DNA of 63,208 nt, counting the filler, from Octopus bimaculoides (lineage: Eukaryota), in assembly GCF_001194135.2 (NCBI RefSeq). It is 7 parts of 7 records of this genome, joined end to end, with 100 filler letters (N's around TTAATTAATTAA, not from the genome) between each part and the next. Parts side by side here need not be neighbours in the genome. Positions count along the whole stretch, not along the records: positions 18,308 to 26,540 come from NC_069006.1; positions 26,641 to 31,664 come from NC_068988.1; positions 31,765 to 36,559 come from NC_069001.1; 4 more parts are not named here. One strand, 5' to 3'. Of the stretch, positions 22,500 to 35,257 are shown in pieces. The translations under genes and the position numbers were made by a program. Below the pieces are notes generated by a model that searched no databases, had not been told where the DNA came from, and was given only the letters and a program-made list of their open reading frames with translations. Within the stretch, counting starts at the first letter, position 1, and each line of letters begins with the position of its first letter.

Positions 22500-22766
22500 T
22501 ATTTTCTAGCTGCATAAAACAAGTTATATACGTCTGTGTGTGTGTGTATATATATATTATAAATAAGGGTATCTAAGAGATACCACCATGCTTGAAATAG
22601 CAGTCAAAACCTGACTTTAAAACCACATCATGTATTCAATCAATATAGCAAGAAATGATAAGACAAATAGATAAATAAACTAGTGAAAATTGGATATGTA
22701 TATGTTTGTGTGCGCGTGTGTGTGTGTACGCGCGCGTGTGCAATGCTTGTGTGTGTGATTAGGCAA

Positions 22767-22804
<38 letters not shown>

Positions 22805-23254
22805 ACACGCAAACATACACACACGCAAACATACACACACGCAAACAGACACACACGCGCGCATAGTCCACAACTATGGCAACCATTGATGTTATTTATA
22901 TAGGACTGTTTGTTTTCTATAATTCATTACTCTACGTAAATAGTGATGGAATCCCTTGGTGATAAACATTTGACTACTGCCCGCTTTGATCAGCGTTGGA
23001 GACGATAGTTGTAGGCAGCGGGAGCACTGCGTAACTAATCATTGTTGACTTAGCCTTGTGTTGGAAGAAAGCCTCCCATAGCGGAAGAGTAACAGCGACG
23101 ACTACGACTAAGGAGGCACCTTCTACGTGATCGTTCTGAATGCTAGATATAGCAGCTAAATCACTCTTATTTCACACCCATTGCCGTTTAATAAGTTGAA
23201 GGAGATGATATATTTGCGATTATTATATGCCCAATGGGAAGGGGAAAATCACTT

Positions 23255-23415
23255 TGCGATGTTTCTGCTAATTGCGTTCTGAGTTCAAATTCTGCCGAGG
23301 TCGACTTTGCATTTCATCCTTTCAGGGTCGATAAAATTGTCAAACATTGGGATCAATGTAATAGACCCCCTGCTTCCCAAACCTCAAAATTGCTGGCATT
23401 GTGCCAAAATTAGAA
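23255..23415 (+). mobile_element. Family-B SINE (5' truncated)
   Basis: GCGTTCTGAGTTCAAATTCTGCCGAGGTCGACTTTGCATTTCATCC...GCTGGCATTGTGCCAAAATTAGAA. Confidence 0.85.
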
Positions 23416-24409
23416 AAAAATATTATTTGTTCGATGGACAAGTATATAATCATAAATTTTCGAAGAGAAAATACTGGGTGGACACGACCGGAACGCTTTT
23501 CATTGTAGGATCAGGTTTTGTCAGAGCTGGGTTTGGAGCTGAAGAAAAAGAAAGGAAAACAAGGAAAAGAAGAAGAAGAAGAAGAAGAAGAAGAAGAAGA
23601 AGAAGAAGAAGAAGAAGAAGAAGAAGAANNNNNNNNNNNNNNNNNNNNNNNNNNNNNNNNNNNNNNNNNNNNNNNNNNNNNNNNNNNNNNNNNNNNNNNN
23701 NNNNNNNNNNNNNNNNNNNNNNNNNNNNNNNNNNNNNNNNNNNNNNNNNNNNNNNNNNNNNNNNNNNNNNNNNNNNNNNNNNNNNNNNNNNNNNNNNNNN
23801 NNNNNNNNNNNNNNNNNNNNNNNNNNNNNNNNNNNNNNNNNNNNNNNNNNNNNNNNNNNNNNNNNNNNNNNNNNNNNNNNNNNNNNNNNNNNNNNNNNNN
23901 NNNNNNNNNNNNNNNNNNNNNNNNNNNNNNNNNNNNNNNNNNNNNNNNNNNNNNNNNNNNNNNNNNNNNNNNNNNNNNNNNNNNNNNNNNNNNNNNNNNN
24001 NNNNNNNNNNNNNNNNNNNNNNNNNNNNNNNNNNNNNNNNNNNNNNNNNNNNNNNNNNNNNNNNNNNNNNNNNNNNNNNNNNNNNNNNNNNNNNNNNNNN
24101 NNNNNNNNNNNNNNNNNNNNNNNNNNNNNNNNNNNNNNNNNNNNNNNNNNNNNNNNNNNNNNNNNNNNNNNNNNNNNNNNNNNNNNNNNNNNNNNNNNNN
24201 NNNNNNNNNNNNNNNNNNNNNNNNNNNNNNNNNNNNNNNNNNNNNNNNNNNNNNNNNNNNNNNNNNNNNNNNNNNNNNNNNNNNNNNNNNNNNNNNNNNN
24301 NNNNNNNNNNNNNNNNNNNNNNNNNNNNNNNNNNNNNNNNNNNNNNNNNNNNNNNNNNNNNNNNNNNNNNNNNNNNNNNNNNNNNNNNNNNNNNNNNNNN
24401 NNNNNNNNN

Positions 24410-24440
<31 letters not shown>

Positions 24441-25454
24441 ATATATATATACTACATACACTTATACAAGTAATACAAAGCAAATTGATGCATTTTTGTA
24501 CGCTCACACACACACATATACACATACATAAACCTATGTATTTATTATATATACATTATTCGTGTAAGCGCGCACGCACACACACACACACACACACACC
24601 GCATACACACGCACATACACACCACACACACAAGTGCGCGCGCGCATGTGTCCCCTTTCTGCCTTCATTATCATTGAAGGGCACCTGAGTTTCCCACAGA
24701 AATTGGTGTCGCTTCCCTGGCGAAGTCAATTTGTGCCTTGGCTGGTAGATACGCGCAGGCGCACTGCGCACGCATTCGTTAACGCGAGCACAAGACCCCA
24801 GTTGTATGCATCTCGTACTTAAGCACGCGCGTACGTACACGAACGCTCAAACACACGCACACATACATACAAACACACACACGCGTGCGTACGTACACAC
24901 AAACACACGCACTTTTAAACACGTTCAACCACACACGCACACACATATGAACATGCATACAGATACACGCTTAATTCGTTCATCAAAATCTAACTCACAC
25001 ACACATACATATAAGTAGACACACATACAGATCCATAGAAGCGAATACACACACACACACACATTTATACAAGCAAACACACACGCGTGCATTCATATAA
25101 GCAAACACATACACACAGATACATGTTCATATAAACAAGCTCACACACATGCATACACTCATTCATATAGGTAAACTCACACACACATACACAAACACAT
25201 CCGAACACATACACACACTTACATACACACATACACTCACACACACATTCAAATAAGCAAACACACGCATTCATATAAGGAAACACACATACACACACAT
25301 GCACACACATACACGCACACATACACACTGACATATGCACATGTACACAAATATGAACACGCTCTCACACAAATACACTCGTACACGCACACACTCCCAT
25401 AAACATACAGACACAAATATATACATAAAACCACACACATAAACAAATACGCCT

Positions 25455-25501
<47 letters not shown>

Positions 25502-25957
25502 NNNNNNNNNNNNNNNNNNNNNNNNNNNNNNNNNNNNNNNNNNNNNNNNNNNNNNNNNNNNNNNNNNNNNNNNNNNNNNNNNNNNNNNNNNNNNNNNNNN
25601 NNNNNNNNNNNNNNNNNNNNNNNNNNNNNNNNNNNNNNNNNNNNNNNNNNNNNNNNNNNNNNNNNNNNNNNNNNNNNNNNNNNNNNNNNNNNNNNNNNNN
25701 NNNNNNNNNNNNNNNNNNNNNNNNNNNNNNNNNNNNNNNNNNNNNNNNNNNNNNNNNNNNNNNNNNNNNNNNNNNNNNNNNNNNNNNNNNNNNNNNNNNN
25801 NNNNNNNNNNNNNNNNNNNNNNNNNNNNNNNNNNNNNNNNNNNNNNNNNNNNNNNNNNNNNNNNNNNNNNNNNNNNNNNNNNNNNNNNNNNNNNNNNNNN
25901 NNNNNNNNNNNNNNNNNNNNNNNNNNNNNNNNNNNNNNNNNNNNNNNNNNNNNNNNN

Positions 25958-25988
<31 letters not shown>

Positions 25989-26473
25989 AACGCCATCATA
26001 TAAGCACACACACCACACGCATAAACGCCCATATACTACAAGCAAACGCACGTGCGTACACAAACGCAGGAACTTCCTCAATAAATGTGCTCTTTCTTTG
26101 ACTCTTTATCTAAATCCGATAACTGACCACGTTTCCACTCCCTCTCCTTACACTGACAAGGTCATCACTGTCTCTCTTTCCCCCCCCCTCTCTCTCTCTC
26201 TCTCTCACTCACTCTCCCTCTAACTAACTAAAACGTCCACCCTATCCCTTAACACTAACCCTAACCGTAAACCCTTCAGACTTCACCCTAATCCTAACCA
26301 GATCATCACCACTCCCTCACTATTCACTTCCGGAGGCGGCCATTCCCTCTCTTAGTATTGAAGATCTCTGATGGTTGAACGATCCTTCCTATCTTTCAAA
26401 CCACGAAGCGTAGCGGGTGGGGCACAGAGATATGATGGTAATGGTGATGATGATGAAGATGATGATGATGAGG

Positions 26474-26526
<53 letters not shown>

Positions 26527-26640
26527 GATGATGAAGATGANNNNNNNNNNNNNNNNNNNNNNNNNNNNNNNNNNNNNNNNNNNNTTAATTAATTAANNNN
26601 NNNNNNNNNNNNNNNNNNNNNNNNNNNNNNNNNNNNNNNN

Positions 26641-26973
26641 CGGTTTCGATTCCCAGACCGGGCGTTGTGAGTGTTTATTGAGCGAAAACACCTAAAAGCT
26701 CCACAAGACTCCGGCAGGGGATGGTGGCGAACCCTGCCGTACTCTTTCACCACAACTTTCTCTCACCCTTACTTCCTGTTTCTGTTGTGCCTGTAATTCA
26801 AAGGGTCAGCCTTGTCACACTGTGTCACACTGAATATCCCCGAGAACTACGTTAAGGGTACACGTGTCTGTGGAGTGCCCAGCCACTTGCACGTTAATTT
26901 CACGAGCAGGCTGTTCCGTTGATCGGATCAACTAGAACCCTCGACGTCGTAAGCGACGGAGTGCCAACAACAA
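26641..26973 (+). mobile_element. Family-A SINE (head lost in adjacent gap)
   Basis: Near-identical to 13821-14150; ends GGAGTGCCAACAAC. Confidence 0.95.
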
Positions 26974-27744
26974 ACTACGCAATCGCTTCCTGTGTTAAAA
27001 ATAGTATTCAAATTTTTTCAAATCACATACTATCATTTCAGTAAAATGAAGGGGACATTGAATAATGTAATATAAGAAAACGACGAGGTGGTCACAGTGA
27101 AAACACCTTTGATTATAAGTATAAGTTCTAGGGTTAAAATAATTGTGAGGTTACTATGAATAGGAATATTATTAGTGAGAAAGTTTGCTGACGGTGTAGT
27201 AGAAGGATCGGTAGTGCGACAGACAAAATGCATCTAGTGACTTGATTTCAAATCACACCGATAATATATTTTAACACTGAAAATTCTGGAACTAATTACT
27301 GATTAAATTGACTAGACATCTTTCATTAAACTTGTAACCTATCTTATGGTAAAAAAAAATCAAGGCCGTGACTGGCAAAATCGCAGGACCTGCGAACAAA
27401 TTACTTTGCTATATTTAATTACGTTTCTTTTTGTTCTTTGTTCAAATCTCGCTTCACCACCACCACCACCACCACCAACACCAAAAACAACAACAACAAC
27501 AACAACAACTATTACAACGACCTGCTAGCAATAGTAGTCAGCTCTCTCGTAGATTACACTCAACGGTTTTTTTTTTAAAGAGAGGCTATTTTGAACAATG
27601 TAGTTGCGGATATTCATAAATATGTAATGGTGGTCTCGACTTGTATGCTTTTGATTATAGGTTTTTGGTCTATCAGAACCAATCTGCTGCTAAACAATAT
27701 CATAATATTGATTTGTTAAGTAGGCAGAATGTATGTCTCATTTG

Positions 27745-27925
27745 AAGAAAGGAAAGAAAATAGTCGATTATAGTGACCCCAGTACATGACTGGCATTTTA
27801 TTCTATCGTCCTGGAAAGGATGAAAAGTAAAGTTGACATCGGTGAGTTTCGAACTCCGAACATAAAGAACTTGAACAAATACCATAGTGTATTTTGTTCA
27901 ACGCTAAAAATAATTCTGCCAGTCA
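27745..27925 (-). mobile_element. Family-B SINE, degraded antisense
   Basis: GTCGATTATAGTGACCCCAGTAC...GGATGAAAAGTAAAGTTGAC...GAACTCCGAACATAAAG. Confidence 0.75.
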
Positions 27926-28966
27926 ATCATCCTGACAATCAATACAAGAACGACGTAAGTAACAGCACAAGTGGAAACTGTAGCGCCATCAATTCCATGA
28001 TGGCGGCCACAACGGAAACGGTGACTTTCCTTCTTACCACTACCACTTTTGAGTATAGGTCTTGAGAACCAATAAAGAGTTCTTTAGTCTGTTGCTCAGT
28101 CAACTTGAAATAGTAGCTAAAGCTTCCTCAAACCACTTCTTATCATAATAGAAAGCTGAAAATATTCGATTACGTCGCATTAGATGAATAATCTTTAGAA
28201 TGTATACGCACATATTTTAAAGTGGTTTCAGAGGTTTACTATCCTGTTACTTTGACGTAAGCCTTTCAGAGTGAACGATCATAAAATGTCATTTATTCCA
28301 AAATTTTTTTTTTACATTGGTCTTTATCTTGACTAGCGCACAGGAAGTTCGTAAGACAAAGTAAATTCATCTTACTTCTGGTAACCGCCTTAATATCCAC
28401 TACCAGTGAAATCGTTCCATACTGCTGCTGAAATAAAAATAATTCTGGGCAGCTAGCAACAGCAGAGAAAAAACCGGACATCCTTGAGACATAAAAGAAG
28501 GTCGCTTGAATGTGTTACACCCTTCCTGTAAGGTGATGCCAGTCAACACCTTACAAAATAAATGCAAGAACGTAGAAGATGAAAATTATTTGTGCTCACA
28601 CAATTTGCTAGAAATATCACGCAATTTGCTAGAAATATCACCCAAATCACTCTCAGAATCACAAATTACCGACTGAAAGTGTATGAACACATTGCACAGT
28701 GAGAAATAATTGTTGACATTTTTGCCACTTTTCCAATTAATGTTTGAAATAATTGATGTGGAAGGATCCATGTGACTAGGAATATACGTTCTACATTCCA
28801 ACAACATTAATCCTTCAGTGTTCAGATTATATCATTCTATCAAATATAATATTTATTTATTCAAATTGTTTTGAATTAATCGTGCATATTGTGGCTTTGA
28901 GATTTCTAGTTTGCAAAGAAAAAAAATCATGAACTAATAAGACAAGACTGTCGAAGAAAAATTTAC

Positions 28967-28998
<32 letters not shown>

Positions 28999-29045
28999 AT
29001 ATGTACGTACACACACACATGTATGTATGTATGTATGTATGTATG

Positions 29046-29098
<53 letters not shown>

Positions 29099-29254
29099 NN
29101 NNNNNNNNNNNNNNNNNNNNNNNNNNNNNNNNNNNNNNNNNNNNNNNNNNNNNNNNNNNNNNNNNNNNNNNNNNNNNNNNNNNNNNNNNNNNNNNNNNNN
29201 NNNNNNNNNNNNNNNNNNNNNNNNNNNNNNNNNNNNNNNNNNNNNNNNNNNNNN

Positions 29255-29311
<57 letters not shown>

Positions 29312-30377
29312 ATAAAAGAAGGAAAATACACACAGTTTACATAGTTTTAATATATTTTAAAATATACTTTATATTCTTTGTACCTCGAAATGATTGGCGA
29401 GGAGCATCTTTCCTTGAAAAGAAAGTGTGTCTCAATATGCAGACACACATCCGCACATAACAGACGCACGTACATAGTCACACAAACTCATGCACATAGA
29501 TACACCCAAACACGCATACACAAGGAAACACAGCTACACACATAAATAAACACACATGCATACATGCACAAACACACAAATACACACACACACATACACA
29601 CACACACGCACACACACACACAAACATGAATATGCAGAATGCATACATACATACACACACGCATATATACATATATGCATACACATACATACGTACATAC
29701 ATACATACATACAGACAGACAGACATACATGCATACATACATACATACATACATACATACATGCATACATGACATGGAAAAATGAGAGCAGGAGAAATAA
29801 TATTCTTAAGATTATAAACCTGGAAAAGTAGAGGACACGTTATTACATCTGGTAATGTACAGAACAAGGAAATTTTTACATAAAATATTGTTACAAAGTC
29901 AACCAGATAAGTTGAATTGTTGGGAATCTTTTTTAACTTGTGTCTTATATCCATTGTTCAAATTTCTTTGAAATCGGAAATATATGTATGTTCACTGGGT
30001 TTGCAAAAGAGAGCAAAGCTACAGGAAACCAAAAGAAAATGATCACAATAAGCAGTTAGCTAACCTACCCTAGTCGTTACCAATCCCCAATGTAGGGTTC
30101 TTAATCATATAGGTGATCGACACAGCCGTAAGGTGCATTACGGATCTATAGCAACTGGAAGGGCGTGACCCAACTCAAATAAACATTAACAACTGCGTGA
30201 CGTGAGGGCTAAGGGGGAAATGAAAGTGTCACCTCTGGAGTTTGCCAATGGTCACTATGCCGATAAGTAACTGAACAGAATAAATTTGCAATTTATAAAT
30301 CTCTTTGAACGACCAATCTGGAAAGGGCTTGAAATCAATGTTACCACCTGGGGACTATCTCTGACTCAGCGATGCCC

Positions 30378-30515
30378 TGACCAAATCCACTCACAAGGCT
30401 TTGGTTGGTCTCAGGCTATAGCAGAAGACAGATGCCAAGTTACCACACAGTGGGATTGGACCCAGGACCATGTGCTTTGGAACCAAGTTTCTTACCACAC
30501 AGCCACACCTGCGCC
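30378..30515 (-). mobile_element. Family-C SINE 5' half (antisense)
   Basis: GACCAAATCCACTCACAAGGCTTTGGTTGG...CAGTGGGATTGGACCCAGGACCATGTG...TTACCACACAGCCACACCTGCGCC. Confidence 0.85.
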
Positions 30516-30528
30516 TATTCACACACAC

Positions 30529-30560
<32 letters not shown>

Positions 30561-31038
30561 NNNNNNNNNNNNNNNNNNNNNNNNNNNNNNNNNNNNNNNN
30601 NNNNNNNNNNNNNNNNNNNNNNNNNNNNNNNNNNNNNNNNNNNNNNNNNNNNNNNNNNNNNNNNNNNNNNNNNNNNNNNNNNNNNNNNNNNNNNNNNNNN
30701 NNNNNNNNNNNNNNNNNNNNNNNNNNNNNNNNNNNNNNNNNNNNNNNNNNNNNNNNNNNNNNNNNNNNNNNNNNNNNNNNNNNNNNNNNNNNNNNNNNNN
30801 NNNNNNNNNNNNNNNNNNNNNNNNNNNNNNNNNNNNNNNNNNNNNNNNNNNNNNNNNNNNNNNNNNNNNNNNNNNNNNNNNNNNNNNNNNNNNNNNNNNN
30901 NNNNNNNNNNNNNNNNNNNNNNNNNNNNNNNNNNNNNNNNNNNNNNNNNNNNNNNNNNNNNNNNNNNNNNNNNNNNNNNNNNNNNNNNNNNNNNNNNNNN
31001 NNNNNNNNNNNNNNNNNNNNNNNNNNNNNNNNNNNNNN

Positions 31039-31084
<46 letters not shown>

Positions 31085-31966
31085 GTGTGTGTGTGTGAAG
31101 ATGTATACTTGCATATATTAAACATGTATATAAATATTTATACATATCAATATCTACATATGCAACACGTATATTCCCAAATTCTTCATTCCACCATTTT
31201 GCTACCCCCTTTCCCTCACTTAGGCTATGTCACTCCTTTAGTCTTTGCATTCCCAGACCTTTCTCTTTCTATTAGCCACCACCTCCCATTCCTTCTATCT
31301 GACACTTCTTTATTCTTTACCCTATCATCTTTCTCTCACTATCACCCTCACCTCTCCATTCCTTGTATCAATTTATCTTGACTGACCACTAACCAGTACA
31401 CTTTCCCTCTCTTCATATCCCGGAAGCAGCTGTAAGACCTTCTATTTATAGATGTTCTAAAATCTTTCACAATCTTGGATTTTTATCTCATTCTAAAAAA
31501 ATTTATATATACACATGCTGATATATGACCTACCTTGGATTCCTCATTCGCATAATCACCGAACCTGGAGCTTAACTACAGTCTATCCATGGCACTTACT
31601 CAGCATTACCTGATACCTTTGGGTCTTATTGACACCATTTCCTCTCATAATATATATATATATANNNNNNNNNNNNNNNNNNNNNNNNNNNNNNNNNNNN
31701 NNNNNNNNTTAATTAATTAANNNNNNNNNNNNNNNNNNNNNNNNNNNNNNNNNNNNNNNNNNNNTATATATATAAAGAAATTTATCTATAATAATTATTG
31801 TGGCAGTTACCGATAAATTAGTTCATACATGTGCTTCTCTTTGGTTAATTTATACTGTATACAAAAATAAAAACATATTACATACATACAACTGCTTACA
31901 AAAATAGGGATTAATGTATAATTTTTTTCTATGTTCATAATTTTTTCTTTACAATATTGAAAAAAT

Positions 31967-32632
31967 ATGCCACCAAAGAAAAGACAAACTCTCCAGAAAC
32001 AAATATAAAGCAAGGAGGATTGTAGAAAACCGAAGGCGAGAGTCTGAAGAGAGAAGCGAGATGAGATTTTCTCAAGATCAGCAAAGGGATGCTGCAGCAC
32101 ATCAGATGGGGTCTCAAGAGAGAAGAGACTTTCCCAAGTTCAGCAAACGCATGGTGCAGCACTTAATGCTGGATCATTAAATCAATGTTTTAGTGATTAG
32201 ACAGAGGTCCAATAGAATAGCTCTCTGAAACAGACTACATACAAATTTGTTCTTTACAACTCCTGGAGCTGCTTTCAGCTATTCATCTCATTCTTATAAA
32301 AATGATAGCTCTGTCCAAATTGGTGTGCTAAACACAAATTGTCGTTTCTGTAGAGATTTAAAATTTTCAAATGAAACAAATGGTATATGCTGCTCAGGCG
32401 AGATCTTCTAGAAGGCACTTCCATCCAATCAAAGGATTTTCTGAACAATATCTCTGCATTTGAAATGACATCATTTACTGCATCTAAGAAGATACTTAAA
32501 CAGGAATTTACACCAACGTCAAAGTTCAAGGGCAAGTCTATCACCTCATTGGTTTCCTGTTACCCACAAATGAACAACCACAGTTCCTCCCAATTTATTT
32601 TATGAGTGATGTAGAACAACAAACTCGAAGGT
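31967..32632 (+). pseudogene. Helitron Rep/helicase N-terminal remnant
   Basis: Frameshifted translation gives MPPKKRQT, charged repeats RRRESEERSEMRFSQDQQRDAAAHQ (STPR-like), AAFSY...VQIGVLNTNCRFCRDLKFSNETNGICCSG (CxxC...CC at 32340-32393), LLEGTSIQSKDFLNNI..SAFEMTSF and QGQVYHLIGFLLP...PQFLQ (32527 on). These are all in the order seen in metazoan Helitron ORFs. Confidence 0.9.
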
Positions 32633-32689
32633 GTCAATTGAATTTTGAAATACCAATTTTTGCCAGTTTTTTTTCAGATTTGTAATATC

Positions 32690-33720
32690 CGTACCCGAAA
32701 ATGGGGGTTTCTGTAAAAAAAAAAAAATAAATAAATAAAGGGGTTTTGGAGGGGCACAAAAGGAGGTCTTGCCAAATTATCAACAACTTTTTCTGTGATC
32801 ATGATTTGAGAAGACATACAGAAGTATGCTAAAGATAGGACATAATCTCTTGTGGGCAAGAAAAGTTAAGATAAATTTTATTATAAACAATACAAACACT
32901 TCGTAATTTAATAGCTTTCAATGTGATACCTGTTAAACAAATATNNNNNNNNNNNNNNNNNNNNNNNNNNNNNNNNNNNNNNNNNNNNNNNNNNNNNNNN
33001 NNNNNNNNNNNNNNNNNNNNNNNNNNNNNNNNNNATATATGCATACACACACATATTTCATCGACTATGAATTCAGAAAATATATTTTTAGCATAAACTA
33101 TTCACATTATAAATGTTAACATATTAATTCACATAGTACCAACTAGTAAATATATATTTAGTAATGAACCATGTAATCCACACTCTCAAGAATGTATTTC
33201 TGTAAAATGTTGGGGTGGGAGGGTGTAATTTTTGAGGGTTCGATTGAACCCCATCTCCTGCTTTCCAGACCAAAAAAAGGGCTTTGTGGCATATTAGGAG
33301 GTCATTGTAATTCATTCAACAAACAGAAAAAAATGATTCTGGGATAGTGGGGGTGGGGGGTAGGGGTGTTCCAGTTCTCCTTTTTTTCCGAACAATGATC
33401 ACAAAGAATCAAAGTTTTTTTTTTGTATTTCTGTAAAATGTTGGGGCTGGATAATAAAAAAGGTTTTGTAGCATATGAGGTTACCGAAATTCATTCAATG
33501 GAAAAGAAAAAATTCCAATGATTTCAGGATGTGGGAGTCCAATCCCCATCTTTTCCAAACAAAAATAAGGGGCTTGCAGCACATTAGGAGGATAGGGTAC
33601 TTGATTCCATGCAAAAAATCCAAGTTTTTTTCTTCCCAAAATTTACCTAAATGTAAATTGCCATTCTTATTTAGATTCAGAAAAGACACTCTCATGTTGA
33701 AACACAGTATCCCTAAATCC
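32690..33720. repeat. Degenerate modular repeat region following the Helitron ORF remnant
   Basis: Exact 22-mer GTATTTCTGTAAAATGTTGGGG at 33194-33215 and 33425-33446. Related AAAA.GGG(C/T)TT.G..GCA.AT..GAGG modules near 32738, 33272, 33456 and 33561. Confidence 0.6.
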
Positions 33721-34100
33721 CCCCTACATCACTGAATTGAGTGTGATCAGTGATGACTTGGTACCAAGGGACATAACTCTTAACTAAACCCCTACCTGAC
33801 TTGTTTCATCACCTTTTCACAGCAACTGCAAACCAGCTGTTTCCTTTCACCTCCAACAATAGAGGGCATTTGCTATATTTCATTCCATATCAGCTACCTC
33901 TGATGAGAGTAGGGTTATATAATTGGATTGTTACTTAACACTCCGTTGTACCCTAGCAAGAAACTAATTGGTAAGAAAAGCCATAATGGATATTTAATAC
34001 TGTACACTTCAGATGATATACCCATTCTATTGACAGATATACAAGTGCATCTTTTTCCTGAGTTATGGACTTTTAGATGACTTATGTACGTACTTACAGC

Positions 34101-35257
34101 CAAGTCACTCACATAGTTAGTCAGGTTTTTCAGGAAGGTGTCATCCCCAAAGACTAGTGTAGCAGTATTATAGTTAGCTGTTACAAGGGTAAAGATGATG
34201 CCTTAGATAGAAACAACTGCAGAGGTATCAAACTGCTGGATCAGGTCATGAAAATTACAGAGAGAGTTATATCTCAACTAATTAGGGATAGAATTAAGCT
34301 ACATGAGATACAGTTTGGTTTTGTTCTAAGGAAGAGTACAAATGCTATTCATAGTAAGACAGCTGCAAGAAAAGTATTTGGCCAAAAGTAAACCATTGAC
34401 CTGGAGAAAGCTTTGAACAAGGTTCCCTGCTCTCTTATCTGGTGGTCTCTAAGGAAACTAGGAGTATAGGGGTGGCTTCTTAGAGCCATTCAGGCTATGT
34501 ACAGCGATATTGTCAGTAAGGTGAGAGTTGGCCTTGAATACAGTGATGAATTTAATGTAGAAGTTGGAGTTCACCCGGAATCAGTTCTTAGTCCACTCTT
34601 ATTCATCATGGTTCTCCAGGTCATAACAGATGAATTCAAAACTGGATGCCCATGGGAACTACTATATGCTGATGATCTTGCTCTTATTGCAGAATTTGAA
34701 GCAGAATTGGAGAAGTTCTTGGTTTGGAAGCAAAACCTGGAATAAAAGGCCTTAAAATTAACTTAGGAAAGACTGAAGTTGTTGTTAGCAAGAAAGCAGA
34801 TAAGATTCGCCTTCCATCAGGTCAATGGCCCTTCTCAATATGTATGAAAGGAGTGGGACATAATTTCATTTGCTGCATCAAGTGTAAGCTATGGACACAT
34901 AAGAGTTATAGTGGAATCATAGGTTGGTTAACAGATAAGGTCACTTTCATGTGTGGCAGGTGCACTGGAACAACAAGCACTAAGGCCTTAAACTCTCTCA
35001 AATGCCCAGGAGGCTCTCTTGAGGTAGTAGATAGTTTCTGCTATTTAGGTGACTAAATTAGTAAAGGTTGTGGATGCTCTGAAAGTATTGTTTCTAGAAT
35101 AACAATAGGATAGAGGAAGTTCGGAGAGATACTACCTCTGTTGGCCAGAAGAGGACTTTCTCAGAGTGAAAGGCAGATTGTATGATGCCTGTGGAACAGC
35201 TATTTTACATGGTCACTGGAGAGGAATGAAGGTAGTGTGCTCCATTGGATTTGCAAA
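34101..35257 (+). pseudogene. RTE-clade LINE reverse transcriptase, decayed
   Basis: VIPKD*CSSIIVSCYKGKDDALDRNNCRGIKLLDQVMK...DLEKA...VGVHPESVLSPLLF...PWELLYADDLALIA...GLKINLGKTEV...LEVVDSFCYLGD...RVKGRLYDAC..ILHG..ERNEGSVLHWIC; several stops and frameshifts. Confidence 0.95.

Noticed and set aside
24665-24740. Minus-strand TGTGGGAAACTC resembling U1 snRNA
   Set aside because: Only about 12 nt match; no Sm site, no 5' ACTTACCTG, and the flanks do not align.
26235-26300. CCCTAA-like repeats as an interstitial telomere
   Set aside because: Only scattered degenerate units, no tandem run of three or more perfect hexamers.
28601-28641. 20-bp tandem duplication CAATTTGCTAGAAATATCAC
   Set aside because: A simple local slippage duplication within a probable old repeat; no further structure.
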